A stretch of 64,000 nucleotides of DNA from the human T2T-CHM13v2.0 reference genome, Homo sapiens: NCBI RefSeq assembly GCF_009914755.1, contig NC_060936.1, one strand, 5' to 3'. A program made the translations under genes and the position numbers. The stretch's first letter is position 1. Each line of letters begins with the position of its first letter. The notes below the pieces were generated by a model, which was not told the DNA's origin, ran no database searches, and saw only the letters and a program-made list of their open reading frames with translations. Below, one piece after another: positions 27,185 through 42,800 of the stretch.

Positions 27185-27570
27185 TAGAGGCGATGAAGGT
27201 TACTAATGTTGTCTTTGGTTCCAGACTGCTTGAGTTCGAATCCTGGTTTGCCTGAAATATATCACTGTAGCTTTAAGCAATATACTTAATCTCTCTGTGC
27301 CTTTGTTTCTTCATCTTTAAAATGGGGATAATATGAGAATCTACATCATAGGACTGTTGCGGATTTAAATTATTTAACATACATTAATAGAGCTTTGAAG
27401 TATCTGTCAAATGACATGCACTCGATATAGATTAACGATTATTAGGTAAGTAAATATTTAACCTTTCTGAGACTCTGTTCTCTTACCAGCAACGTGGAAA
27501 TTCTAATATCTACTTTGTTGTATTAAATTGAATGCATTAATGTAGGTGAAAACACTTGGCACATATGCCA
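27185..27570 (+). mobile_element. MIR elements (two adjacent)
   Basis: CCAGACTGCTTGAGTTCGAATCCTGG...TTAATCTCTCTGTGCCTTTGTTTCTTCATCTTTAAAATGGGGATAAT core. Confidence 0.75.
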
Positions 27571-30500
27571 GCTGGGCAAAGACTCATGGTTGCTTGTCTC
27601 TCTCTCAATATCCTAACATTAAGCAAACTCTCCTTTGAACCTAGTTGCCTCTTAAGGGAATAGGTGGAGAGTAACAAAAAGACAGTCTTGATGGGGGTTA
27701 AAATTTGAACCGACTCAATACTCAAAGGGATATATAATTTGAAAAACGTATTTTTTAATTGGATATGAGAAGACACCTTTAATCAGCAAATTTAGTTCCT
27801 TCTCTCTAGGCAGGCAGTTGTAAAGATGTGTAAACCAAAGATAGTAATAATCCTAAAGTTTTGTTCATCTTAATTAAACTTTGACTTCCCTTTTAAAACA
27901 ATACTTACAGACCTGATAAATTTCTAAAAGTAAACATTCCTCGTGCTTTTTATTTTTCCTTGTGCAGCATATAATACAATATTCTTTAACAATTCAACAA
28001 TCTAACTTGGTTTACATCTTTGGAAGTGTGAATTTCTGTGAGCATATTCCTTGAGAACATGAACAAAAAGATGTGTAACAGTTGTAGGCTAGTAGAATTT
28101 TGATTTGTTTTTATTCCTCTCTGTCTTCACGTTGCCATATGAGTCGCATCTACAATTATGCAGACTCTTGGTAGGGTTAAGGCTGCATGCTTGACACTTA
28201 GCAAAGTGTTTTTTCCTCCCCCAATCATTTTTGTTGTTGTTTGGTTAAATGCTCCAGGTTTACGTGTACTTTCACATTCTGCAAGAGGCGTAGTAATCTA
28301 TGTGTGATAACTACCCAGCTGAAACGCACAGAGAGAATTAATACAAGGATGTTATGTCATCTGTGAATTAAACCACAATTGGCCTTAACTATTACTCCTT
28401 AAAGTGTAGCATTTTGTCATTCTCTTTGATACTAAAAGATGTTCACATACTTGTAATTGGCAGATAGGCTTAATTTGTGCTGGTTATAGTGCAATGAGCG
28501 AGGCAATTAAATAGGTTCTGATTTTTTTAATTGGACAAAACACTTTGCTTAGTCACAAATATAGGGACTTTTAGAGGGTATAAAATTCCTTCTGATAGAA
28601 GATAATTATTTCTTTGATCTCAATTAAATTTCTTACAGTATTTATTGAGGAGAAATCATTCTTCATTTGAATATAGCAATCTTTCTAAACAAATAACACA
28701 TTCATTTATCTCACACTCAACAGTAAAAATTACCAAGACTATGTTATTATAAAAAGAATCTTTTTTTTGTTTGTTTTTATTTTTCTTTCCACCAAATTTA
28801 CAACTGAAATTTAGGGATTAACAACAAAGTGTAATTTCTGGAACACTGCTTTGTGTATAAACCTTAATGGGTGATTTGAAATGTATCTTTGAAAAGCAGG
28901 GGTCCTTCCTTTACTCTCATCAAGCTTGAGTGAAAAAGGTCAAGGCTCAGTAAAGTTACTAGTCTTATCCTGGGTATTAAAGTTGCTAAGGCTGTAGTTT
29001 TTAACTGCAGGAAAGAATGTAGTCTAGTGGAAAAAGCATTTGAATACTCAGAGATAAGAGGGTCCAGGTATCTCTGGGAAGACATTCCCTAGCCATGTGA
29101 CGTTTGTTTAGTTAATCAAACTCAATTCCAGTTTCCTTATCTGTTAGATAACATGTTAGATAACAGGGTGAGTCCTGTCCAACTTCTAAACATCCTCTGA
29201 TTCTTTAACACAATACATTAAAATAAAATCGAAATGTTACATGTTTAATTGTCTATGTTCAATGATTAAAATGCAATACTTCCCATATAGGATTAGCAGT
29301 GTTCTTTTTCTGTCCAGTATTATCCCTCCCCCACTTTTTTTTCATTCTTGAGCTGCCAGGAGACAGTTACAGAAGAGATCAGATTGGATAAATTCTAAAA
29401 TCAAGTATTATAATTATTATATTTATAACATTTACTTTTATAATTTTGTAAATTTATAAAATAATTTAATCAATATATTTTATAAATATAATAATTATAA
29501 TTATAATTATAATAAAGTATAAATAATTTATACATTTAAGTAATTTCAGAAATACTCATCAAACTAAGGCCTGAAAATATATGAAAACATTAAAATTCCA
29601 AAATAAATTTGATATTTCACCCGAAAGTTGGCAAAGGAGTTAGCCTTTGAGTTTGAAGACCTTCTGTGCATCACTAGATTACAAAGAAAGCATATGTTGT
29701 AACACAGTACTAAGACTATAGCAATATCTCTTATTACAAATTGATGGGAAGCTAGAAATAAATTCATAAGAAATGCCCTAAAGTACATTCCGTATGTAAC
29801 TCTAGTAGAAGAAGAATCACATAATGAACTGTACTGAAAAAATATTTATATACTCCTTACATTTGTCTGGAAAGTTAAACTACTGCATACAAAATAGTCT
29901 TTAAAAATAATAATCATGATCTAAATCACCTCCTACTAAACCAGAATTCAAATAAGTAGATTTATGATAGAATATGATTACTTTAAGATTATTTCATAAA
30001 ATTTATTCTCAAGAGAAAACAACCTGATAGAAAGGCAGATGAATTAAAGATTCATATTTTGGTGAACTATATTTTTTATACATTTATGGAATTTGAATAT
30101 GTATTTTTTGTAATGAATACTAGCACCTACTTAAAATTAATGTTTAGTATTTTTTCATAAGACGTTATAAAGTCTTTAACCGTCAAATTGCATTTATTGT
30201 CCTATACACATGAAGTAAGGGGAGACAAAAAATATTTCATTAAAAATTTTCAATAATGAAAATATTCTTAATAAAATCTCCAATTAACCATAACACTTAA
30301 ATTCATAAGGAACTCTAATAACAAGTCAAAATAATACACGGGGGAGAAAATTTAGTTCTGGCCTTCATTGTAGAGATTTTTTGTATCTTCTTCCTCATGC
30401 TATCCCATTTCTATCACAGTTCCTACCGTATATTATCTGTTTAATTAATGCTGATTATGAATATTATTAATAATAATATTACTGTTATATCTATGACTTC

Positions 30501-31232
30501 ATAAATACTTGTTGAGGGAATGAGTAAATGGAAATCAAAATTAACTTTATAAAATAAAATAAAAATACAATTAATTTTATATACTTTACCTATGTATAGT
30601 TCAATTTTGTTTCATAATTGCCAATATAAAACCCTGAAGTGACCCATATTTGGTATTCTCTGGTTCTTACATTTGAAGCCTTAAAGGTTCGCTTTCAAAA
30701 AGGTATATCGTTGTAACTATTGATATTTTCAGTGTATGAAGACAAATCCTTGAGTAGTTAATTATACATTATTTAAAATGCTTGCTCCTTCTTCATGTAA
30801 ATTACAGTCATATTATCATCATTATTTTTAACGTTGGGTCTTTTGGTTCATCTACTAAAGTGTAATTTTTCTAGTGGAAAACAAAGTAACAGTGTGTTTG
30901 GCATCTATTTTTGTTGTAGAAGTACATGTGTATGTTTGTCCGGTCTATGTGTGTGTTTGGGTTAAACAGTAAATCAATAAACAACACATGCTTTACAAAG
31001 CAGTCAATGAACAAAGGTTGAGCAAAGCTGTGCACATTAGTAAACTTGTTTTACTGTAATAAATCCTGATCATCAGTATACAAGAAATCATATTCTTTTA
31101 ATGACTTATTTGCAAGTACAGGGCAAATTAGAAGCTTTTGAAAAATTCATTAACCATTTGACCTATTTGATAACTTTTAGTTCACTAAAGAAATTATTAC
31201 CGTAGAAGTTGAGAAGAGTTTTGTTTATATTA

Positions 31233-31322
31233 ACACACACACACACACACACACACAGACACAGACATACACATATTTTTATATGTATGTATGTGTATTT
31301 GTATGTGTGTGTGTATATATAT
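31233..31322. repeat. (CA)n followed by degenerate TG/TA repeats
   Basis: Read directly from the sequence. Confidence 0.9.
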
Positions 31323-31589
31323 GTAAAATAAGGTGAAAAACAGATCTATAGAACTTATATCTTGATTGTTTTAACTAACTCAAGTAGTTTTCCTAAAAGG
31401 CAAGACTTCAGCCACATTAAGTCCACAGAAGGGAGTTGTCTCAGTTCTAATTCAGGCTCACAATAGATTTAGAGCCTGAACTTGACATGGAATATTCAAT
31501 CTTCTGAGAATTTCCTTCCCTTCCTTTCTTATTCTTAGAATCCCACATTATCTTCCTTGTAGCCTCCCTCAATCCTCTCAAGCAAATAA

Positions 31590-32300
31590 TCCAATTGACA
31601 TAATGCAATCAGAAAGACTTGGATTTTATTTTTTATTCTCCACTTACTAGCCATATGACTTTGTAAAATTATTCAACTTCTCTAATCTCAATTTCTTCAT
31701 CAAAAATTAGACTAATGATGTTTATCTCTAGTACAGTTAAGAAACTTAATAGTTAAACTCTATAAAGTAATGACACATAATAGATACTGCATAAATGCTG
31801 AGGACCTTGCGACCAAGCCACAACGTTTTATATTTACCTTCTTTATGGCATTTACTGTCCTGTGTTATTATATAGTTTATATAAATGTGTTCTTTTTTGG
31901 AACACTATTATTTTACTTAAAAATCTTTGTGTGTAGTCCCAAAGCCTCATAAATGCCTAGTATGACAGTCACACACATAGATGAACATGTGTTGTTCTTG
32001 TTGAAGGAGTAAGTGGCAACAATTGATTGAAAACTATAGAAATTAAGCATGTTATCGGAGCAATAAAAAACAAATAAAATAGCACACTTAATGCACTTAT
32101 AACTGTGGCTGGCATTATAAGTATTCAATAAATCTTAGCTCTATTATTATTATAAAATAATCTGTGATAAATAGATATTCATAAAGTTCTAAGGGAATCT
32201 GAGGTAGGAAAGATTACTTTTGTGAATCGGAGAAGAAATGAGAAAAGGATTAAAATATAATCTGAGTCCTTAAAGATGAGTAGAACTTCACCAGGTTCTA
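31590..32300. mobile_element. MIR and L2 fragments
   Basis: CTCCACTTACTAGCCATATGACTTTG...CTCAATTTCTTCATC MIR core; L2-like 3' ends. Confidence 0.55.
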
Positions 32301-33959
32301 TTTCATGTAGCTGAATAGAAACATCACATTTTAAACATGAATATTGAGAAGTGACACTTGGTAGGCATCTATCTGTACACTGAAGATTCAACATATTGAA
32401 AATCACAAAATATAGATGGGAGAAAACTAACTCGGAGATAATTTACCACTAGATGATATGCATATTTCTTATTATTGCAAGAAGGATATACTAAATTAAC
32501 ATGAGATAGTGAGAATTTAGTTAATAGGATGTTTTCAAAGTCAATCTTCATTTTCATTTCTTTACTCAAATCATTTCTTAATTCTGGTTTAATTTTTAAA
32601 ATCATATCAAGTCACCATTCCAATTCGGTATCACTAATTTTCTGCAATATGCAAACTATCAGAACTGATGAGGTAACATAAAAAAACTATTATGATAGCA
32701 AAACACAAATGTGTACTATGTGGGATGTGAAACAAAGCCCATCTTTGTTATATCCTGAAACAGATTGGAAAAGATTCACCCTACATTCGATTAATGAGAA
32801 ATGGCAAAGGTTATTAAAATGTGTGGATAAGTAAGAAATTATGCTTCATTTGTTTCTGTGAAATTGTGATAAAATAGAAAATCAACAAAGTAACTCTATC
32901 AAATGGGTTGCAATTTAATCTTTACTCATTAAAAATAGCAACAGCAACCAGCAATCCAACAACAAGAAAAACAACAAGCAAAATGGCTCTGGCATATTCA
33001 TTGGAAGATTTTTAAATGGGATATTTTATCCAAAATTTAAGTATTAAAAACTCAGAAACACTCTTCTCTAAAACCATATCCCCATGCCAGAAAGAATTTT
33101 TTTTTAAAGAGTTCAAAAGGCACTTTCTGAGATTCTGATACTCACTTGTAAATTCTGTGCTCAAGGAAAATGATATCTAAGGTTCCTTTAAATTAAAAAA
33201 ATCTATGATATTAGGTTAAAAAAAAGAAAAATGAAATGGCAGTTGGCCATGCCTTAATGATTTAACTTGGCATCTGGTCAAATGACCTGGTCAAATGTTC
33301 TTTTGAAAAATGTCATGGAATTTTTATTAATGATGAATATTTAAGGTCTCAAGCCATACTCATCTTAAAGAAGACTACTTTAGCTATCTAGGTTATGTCA
33401 AAACTGGGTTTTGAATGACTTGACCCTCATAATAATTGAACTAGTTCTGCATGTAAATGCAGTCTAAATCACCTTTCTCTCAAGCATCTAAATTCTTTTG
33501 TTGGATGTGAGCAAACTATGCTCCAAAAATTAAAGAGATCTACAAACATTTATTGATTCGGGGAACTGGGAGTTATCATTCAGTTGCTTATTTCAATGCT
33601 GAATTTTGTGAAGTTAAATTTTGCAAACTTAGTTTTATGGACTGTGTATTTCTTAGAAATTACTAATTCCCAATATAACCTTATTCCAAATGTCCTAATA
33701 TAAAGGAAATATGTTAATGTAAAATATTGGTAGTGAGAAAATCTAAACAGATTTTCAAGTGAATAAGCAACTTTGAGTAATGACAAAAATAAATATAGTT
33801 CTTGACATTTTAATTTTACTTACAGCTAACATGTACCATGTGACAGGTATTTTCTTAATGCTTTTTATAAATTTTCTTATCTATAGTCGCTGTGTGAAAC
33901 TTTAGGATGAAGGCACAAGGTTATACAGCTAGTAAATGCTGTTACCATAATTGAGGAGA

Positions 33960-34618
<659 letters not shown>

Positions 34619-34955
34619 TAATTTGAGATTACCATAGTGTGCCATTAACTTCAGAAGACAAGATTTCTGGTATGTCAGAAATTAGGAGATTACTGTTTCA
34701 ATACATTATTAGGAAATATCTTAACTAGAATATATTCCTGGCTATATTAAAACACTTAGTCTAAATAATAATAATAATAATAATAATAATATTTGTAACA
34801 CAAAAGTTTACAACTTAAAAATAAAACAAATATGTGTATCCAAAAATTGAGTCCATTCTACATGTACTATAAAAAAGCAGGGGTGTCAGGGAGGGAAAGG
34901 AAAAAAGGAAAATCAAAAACTATTGAGTGCCTGTGATATGTCAGATTCTAGACTC

Positions 34956-35260
<305 letters not shown>

Positions 35261-35359
35261 AAGATTAGTTTTTAAAATATACGTGCTTGAAAATTACTCC
35301 TCATTTTTTATTAACCTCATAAACCTCATAAACCACCCATTGCCAAAGCTTGTCGATTC

Positions 35360-36360
35360 ATTCAAAAATTCATTCATTTCTGCACATCTACCTTGTTGAT
35401 TTAGTCCAAACTACCATTATCTCTCACTTTCATTAACATAATTACCTTCCAACCAGTCCACCTTCATCTTCACTGAGCCACCTTCTAACTTATTCTCCAT
35501 ATACATAGAGAATAACTTTTTGATGAATCAATCTGATTATGTCACCATATAATCTTCCTTGATTTTTCCCACTCTTCAAACTTTTCAATAGATTTCCATT
35601 AAGACAAAAATAAATATGTGATCATACTCCGCCTACCTCCCCAGGTTCATCTGAGACAACTCCCCCTTGCGTGTTTTTTCTCTTCAACGAAGTGACTCTC
35701 TTTTAGTCACTTCCCTATACTGGCAATTGTTCCCCTGACACAGACCTTTGGACAGAATTTTCTTCCCCCAGAATGTTCTTGAAATTCTTCACCTGGTTAA
35801 CTCTGACTCATTGTTCAGATCTCAAATGAATCATCAATCACTTTTCAAAAGTCTTTCTCTGACTTTTGTGACATAGTAAGATTCATACTGTAGACTCTGA
35901 AATCAACAAATGCCTCTTCTTCAAACTGATTATAACAGTTTCAACTTTATATGTTCCTATGTTTATTTGATTTGTCTGTCTCTGCTCTAGATTGGGTTAA
36001 TAATAGCTAATTTGTATTAGATATTTACTAGGTTCCATGCATTGTTTTAATGTACTTTATACATTAATTAATTATAATTCTTATAGCAACCTAAAAAAGT
36101 AAGTTCTATTATTAATAATACTACTGTATGAATGAAAAACATCTAAAGCACAGAAAAACTTAAATACATTGTTCAAGGTCACAAAATAGCAGAGACAGAA
36201 TTCAAATTCAGGCATTACACTGAGAGTACATTCTCTTAATCACTTCATTTGTTGCCTTTTAGGAGCTGCAAAAGGATAGCTATTACTTCTATTGTATCCT
36301 AAGAAATAAGCATAGTGATTGAATGTAAGTTGGTAAAAAAATCATTGAAAGATTCATTTG
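35360..36360. mobile_element. L2 3' region with a nested MIR (about 36000-36250)
   Basis: TAGTCCAAACTACCATTATCTCTCAC...ATCTGATTATGTCAC...TTCAGATCTCAA (L2); TTGTTCAAGGTCACA...GAATTCAAATTCAGG (antisense MIR). Confidence 0.65.
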
Positions 36361-37733
36361 CATTGTATGCCTAAATGTAAAATGTACTTTTGTTTTAAAC
36401 CAACAATTTATTTCTAGGGTTATCTTGCAGTTCTAATGGTACATGTGCTCAGTGTATGTAGGACGTATATTGCTTTGCCGTGTATAGTAGCAATATGCCA
36501 GGAACAATGACAAAGTAAGCCTGTAGAAGACTAAATAAATAAATCACACTGTATTCATATGAATGAATACTCTATGGCCATATCAAACATTAGAGCTCTA
36601 TTATTTATATGAAATGATACTGAAAATATAAGGCTAAGCAAAAAAAAAAAGTGAAGGAAAACACTATGTAAAGCTTATTAAAAATTTTAGATGATGTTGT
36701 AAATAAATGTATATATCCAGAATATCTAGACATGTACAAGAAATTGATAATAGTAGCTGTCTTTGAGAATGATGATAAAAGCAATAGCTATCACTATCAG
36801 AGTGACTTATTTCTTATTTCTGTTTTTGTTGTATGTTTTCTTCTTCCAATAACATGTATTGCTTTTCTAATTTTTTAAAAAACAAGTTTAATTTGTGGAC
36901 TAGAAAATACGATAACTCAATGGGGATTTTTTTTTTTTTAATTGTAAGGCAAATACAAAAGTCTCTTTTTCAAAAGTATATGTCATTCCTCCAGAAGGAT
37001 TAATTAATTAGAAGTGAAGGAAAAGACATTAAAACTTTAAATTAAGGTTATCTGCCCTTATAATGGGAAAGGGGAAAAACAACTCTTTAATATATATTTA
37101 AAAAACAATTGTTAGCCACTTAGATGAGTCTTAATTCATCTTGGGAGAGAGAGTTGCTCCTTTAGCAAAGCACTTTAAAGGTCATTGAGTATATAACAAT
37201 GAGCACCGCCACTCCCACACCTTTAGCCTCAGGGCAAACATAGACAAAGTAAAGTTAGAGCTGAATTTGTATGCAGAATAAGTAAAAGATAAGTTTCTTT
37301 GGATAGCTTTGTAGCAAGGGGTTCTTTGAGTCTGAAGACTGTCCAAGGCTTAGGAGAGCCAGGGTAACGTATCAAAGACTGTACAATGAATATCACAAGA
37401 ACAGTGATAGTCAGTATTTAAGTTTTAGTCGTCTCCTTTTCTGCAGTGTGCTCCAAATCTTAAATAAAAGATGATCGCGTGAACAGATCTCTATTAAAGA
37501 TGCTATGGAGTATGACAAATAAAATGAAGTGGTGGTCAAGATGAGATGACAAATATCAACTGCGGGACCAAGAAGGGTGGTCAAGAACATAGGCTGTAGG
37601 TTGGAAAAGTAGGCTGCAGGGCAGATGAAGAGAAATATAACTTTTTATTTTTCTCATGCAACTACATTTTTTTAAACATATTAAAAGTCTTCTAGAATTT
37701 CCAGAGTGCACAAATAGGGCATTGAGGGGTTTT

Positions 37734-37776
37734 GTTGTTGTTTTCTTGAGACGGAGTCTTGCTCTATCTCCTAGGC
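37734..37776 (-). mobile_element. Extremely 5'-truncated Alu (about 30 bp plus tail)
   Basis: TGAGACGGAGTCTTGCTCTATCTCCTAGGC between the imperfect direct repeats TTGAGGGGTTTT and TTGAGGTATTTT. Confidence 0.7.
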
Positions 37777-39352
37777 CTTGAGGTATTTTAAAATAAGAGA
37801 CGTCTTATAAGGCTGAAGAATTAGGACTTTTACTTGGATATCTTGGATTTATGTGTCTTAAGGAAAAAGTGCAAACTGAATAAAATAATATCTACTTCAA
37901 ATTCTATGATAAGGTTTAAAACAAAATGCCTACATTGCATTTCCTAAAATTTAGAGCTATCATAAACTCATTAAATCATGTGCAATGAATTTGATAATAC
38001 TGAGATAGAAATAAAAACATTTTCAATATTTCTCTTAAGACTGTGAAATATAAATTATGGACAGACCCAGTTTACATTCAAATGTTTTCCTCAGTATTTT
38101 CCTCACTTGGCCATCCTCAAGGTGATGCGTGAGGTGATTTGAGTACCATTCTAAAGTACGGTCCAAGGCTAAGCATTCATCCAATTTTCAGTTTAATTGA
38201 AATAATAATTTTTATATCATCTACATTTTTATTCTAACCAAATTTTTATTTGCTGAATCTTTGAAATGCACTTTAGTGATGGAGCACTGTAAGAGGGTAA
38301 ATTTGGATGTAATTAGACAAAAGTAAGATATTAAATGTAAACATTCTTCCTTTGTTAACATTGGAAACTTTCCAGCATAGGTAACTCTAGAGTACTATCT
38401 TCTGGACATTATTTATAGCAAAATTCATATGGAAAATAACATAAGCATACACACAACATAGGAACAACTATAAAACCATGATTATTACACTATATTAAAT
38501 AATATTAACTAATACGAAAACGTCTTTCTCACCGATTTTTGTTAAAGAATTATCCGATTTTCTGAATTCTTTCCCTTTTAATTACTTAGTGCTTTTTAAA
38601 ATAGGCTTTTTTTTTAGTTTTTGTTTTCTCTCCTCCTGTCAAATTATTGTTTCTTATGTATGTGTTCATGAAGTTTTTACTTAAAAATATTTTCAATGCT
38701 TTTGGCATTTTGATCAAAGAATGTAAATTTGGATAAAAGTTTATATGATTTATGCCAGAATATTAATATATATACATATTTTACATGCAACTGAAAAAAT
38801 ATAGTATACCAAATTTGATATAGATGCTAGTGAATCATATTTTATGGGACTCAAATTTTTAATTTTATATTTCATAAATTTACCTTTTAAAGATAAAATT
38901 TCTCCCAACACTTTTTTGTGGTAAAGTTTGCATAATATTCACCATCTTAATCTGAAACATTTAGTGCAGACACAATATTATGCGACCATCACCGCTAAAT
39001 AGGTCCAGAACATTCTCATCACCCACAAAGGAGAGTGAATATCCGTTAAGCTTGTGTTTTTGGTCTTTATGGATTGCCCTGTTATATATATTTCACATTA
39101 CATTACACGTGTGTGACCTTTTTTTTAAACCTTCTTTCACTAAGCATAATATTTTCAGTGTTCATCCATACTGTAGCAGGAATCAGTATTTCATTTCTTT
39201 TCATGGCTGAATAGCATTACATTGTATGGATGTACCATATTCTGTTTATCTGTTCCTCAGGTGATGAACCTCTTGGTTGTTTCCACTTTGCTGCCATTGT
39301 GAAAAGTGCCGTTATAAGCATTTGTGTACACATTTTTTATCTGAACAGCTGT

Positions 39353-39861
39353 TGTGATGGTTTATTTTCAGTGGCAACCTGACTGAGTTAAAAGATATCC
39401 AGATAGCTGGTAAAGGACTATTTCTCAATATGTCTATGGGGGTGTTTCTGGAAGAGATTGGCATTTGAATCAATGGACTGGAAAGGAAGATCCACCCTCA
39501 TCAATGGGAATGGGCGTCATTTAATCCATTCAGGGCGTGTATAGAACAAAAAGGAAGAAGAAAGAGGAATTTGCTCTTTCTTCTGGAGCTTGGGCACTCG
39601 TCTTCTGTCTCAGACACTAGAACTCCAATTCTTGGACCTTTAAACTCCAGAGACATATACCATTGGCTTCCCTGCTTCTCAGGCCCCAATCCTATTGAAT
39701 AACAACACTCACCTTCCTGGTTCTTCAGCTTGCAGACATCATAATATGAAACATCTTAGCCTCTATGATCATGTGAACCAATTACCATGATAAATTATTT
39801 TTTATATAACTCACTATATATCCTGTTGGTTCTGTTTCTCTTCAGAATTCTGACTGATACA
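39353..39861 (+). mobile_element. MLT2 (HERV-L) solo LTR
   Basis: TGTGATGG...GCAACCTGACTGAG...GTGTTTCTGGAAGAGATTGGCATTTGAATC...CTGACTGATACA. Confidence 0.85.
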
Positions 39862-42800
39862 CCAGTTTTTAATTCTTTGGGTTATATGGGTTATATATCC
39901 AGGAGAGGAAATGCTGGGTCGCATATTGATTTGATGTTTAACTTCTTATGGAACCATGGGACTATTTTCTACAGCACCTTTACCATTTTACATTCTCACC
40001 AGCAATGCATTAGGGTTCAAATTTCTCCATGTCTTTGCCAGCCCTTGTTATTTTCCATTTTAAAAACAATATCAATATGCCATAATATTATATGACCTGT
40101 CCCAAAATACGTTTCATGTGCACTTGAGAACAATGTTTATCCTGCTGTTCTTGTGTGGAATATTGTTCAGTCTTCTATTTCCATATTGATCCCTGTCTAG
40201 TTTTTTCTAGTTATAATTGAAAGTAGAACATTGAGTCATCCAACTATTGTTATTGAACAACCTATTTCTCTCTTTAATTCTTTCAGTTTTGACTGCATAT
40301 GATTTAGGACTCTGTTGTTACATGCATATATGTTTACAATTGTTAAGTCTTCTATATATATTGCCTCTTTTACCAACATACAATGTCCTTCTTTACTTTT
40401 TGTAAACATGTTTATTTTTTCTGACATTATTATGGCTACCTTAGCTTACTCTTGGTTACAATGAGCATGAAATTTCTTTTTTTTTTTAATTATTTCACTT
40501 TTAGGCTACTTTCATTGTTGGAGTTAATGTGAGTCCTATGTCGATTTACTTATAAAAAATATATATTTGGATTTTTAAAAATAAATTCTGACAGTCTGCT
40601 TTTTAATTGGTTAATCAATTCACATTTAATTACTGATATAAAAAAACTTACTATTTCTATTTTGCTACTTAAAGAAATTCTCATACCTTTTTTGTTTCTT
40701 AGTACTTTCATTACTGCCTTCTTTTATGTTTAATTGATTTTGTTTAGTATCCCATTTTTGATTCCCTTATCATTTTACGTTCCAATAGTCTTATTATTTT
40801 CTTAGTTCTTATCCTGTGAATTATAATTAATATCCTAAATTTATCACAATGTAGTTTGAATTAATATAAATTCAACTTCAAAATTATAAAAAAATTCTAA
40901 TTATTGCTTTATGTACTTTACTTTTAAATTATGAAGAAAAAAGCCACAAATAAAAAATACAATAGTATGTATTTTAGTTGTACTACAAAGTAAATACTTA
41001 TATTTATCTATTTAGTTATCTTTAATAGTATTATTATTTCTTTGTGTAGGTAAAAGTTACTGTATAGCATCCTTTTATTTTAGCTGGAAGCCCTCATAAA
41101 GGTGAAAGTCATGTTTTCGTAGAGTGGATTTTCTAGTAGTGAACTTTCTCAGCTTTTGTTTATCTGGGAACATTTAAATTTTCCCTTCATCTTTTTAAAG
41201 AAAGTTTGGCACATACAGAATTCTTGGTTGACAGGACTTTTTCTTTTAGCACTTTAAAAATATCATTCCACTTTTTCCATGGTTTCTAATGAAAAATCAC
41301 AGTTAATCTTATTAAGAATGCCTTTTTTAATTGAGGTAAAGAACATACACAATTTGCTATCTTAGTCATTTTAAGCGTACAATTCAGTAGTGTTAACTAT
41401 ATACAAACTGTTGCACAACAGATCTCTATAATTTTTTATCTTTCAAAACTGAAACTCCATGGTCGTTGAACAACAACTCCACTCTTCCTCTCTTCTTTCC
41501 CCGGAAATGACTGTTCCTCTTTCTGATTCTAGGAGTTTGATTACTTTAGTTAACTCATGTAGTTAGAATCAAACAGTATTTCTCTTTTTTGTGACAGGCT
41601 TATTTCACTTTGCATAATGTCCTTGAGGGTTATCCATGTTGTAGCATATGACAGAATTCCATTATTTTTAAAGCTGGATAACATTCCATTGTATGTAAAT
41701 ATCACATTTTTGTATTCTTTCATTGATTGACATTTAGGTTGCTTTCAGTTTATGGCTTTTATGAATAATGCTGCAGTGAACATTTGTATACAAATCATCC
41801 CTCAAGCTTTTTTTATCGATTCTTTTGGATACATACACAGAAATGGAATTGCAGGATTATATAATAATTTTATTTTGATTTTTTGAGGAATATCCATGTT
41901 GTTATCCGTAATGGCTGTGCCATTTTACATTCTCACCAACAGTGCACAAAGTTTCCAATTTCTCCATATCCTCACCATGACTTATATTTTTTAATAAAAA
42001 GATATGTGGGATCATATCTCATTATGGTTTCAATTTGCATTTTCCTGATGATTAGTGATGTTGAACATCTTTCCATAAGCTTAATGGACACTTATATATT
42101 TTCTCTGGGGAAATGACAATTCAAATCATTTGATAATTTTTTTAGATATTTGATTTTTGTTATTGTTGGGACTTGTAGGAGTTCTTTACACATTAACTCC
42201 TTATTAGGTATTTGGTTTGTAAATATTTTCTCCCATTCCATAGGTTACCTTTTAACTCCTTTGATTATTACATTTGCTATAAAAGAGTTTTTAAGTTTGA
42301 TGTAGTCCCGTTTGCTTATTTTTGCCTTTGTTGCCTGTGTTTTTGGTGTCATATCCAAGACATCATTGCAAAATCCAGCATCATGAAGGTTTTCTTCTAT
42401 GCTTTCTCCTAGGAGATTTACAGTCTCATGTCTTACAGATATAACTTTAATCTGATAGTAAAGATGTATCAGATTTGAGATACCTTTTTGATATATTTGA
42501 GATAACTTTTGTATTAATATATGGTGTAAGGTAAAGGTTCAACTTTACTCTTTTACATGTGGGTATGCAAAACACCATAGTGTTTTGATTATTATCACTT
42601 TATGATATGTTTTCAAATCAGAGAGTATGAGCCCTCCAGCATTGTATTAAATTGTTCTAGCTATTGGAGGCCCTTTGAGATTTCATAGGAATTTTAGAAT
42701 TTTTTCTCCATTTCTCTAAAACATGCTGTTGGGATTTTGATAGGGATTGCATTGAATCTGCGGATTGCTTTGGGTACCATGAACATTTTAGCAATATTAA

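Noticed and set aside
29400-29540. Near-pure AT tract with palindromic (cruciform) potential
   Set aside because: Low-complexity sequence with no long perfect inverted repeat seen.
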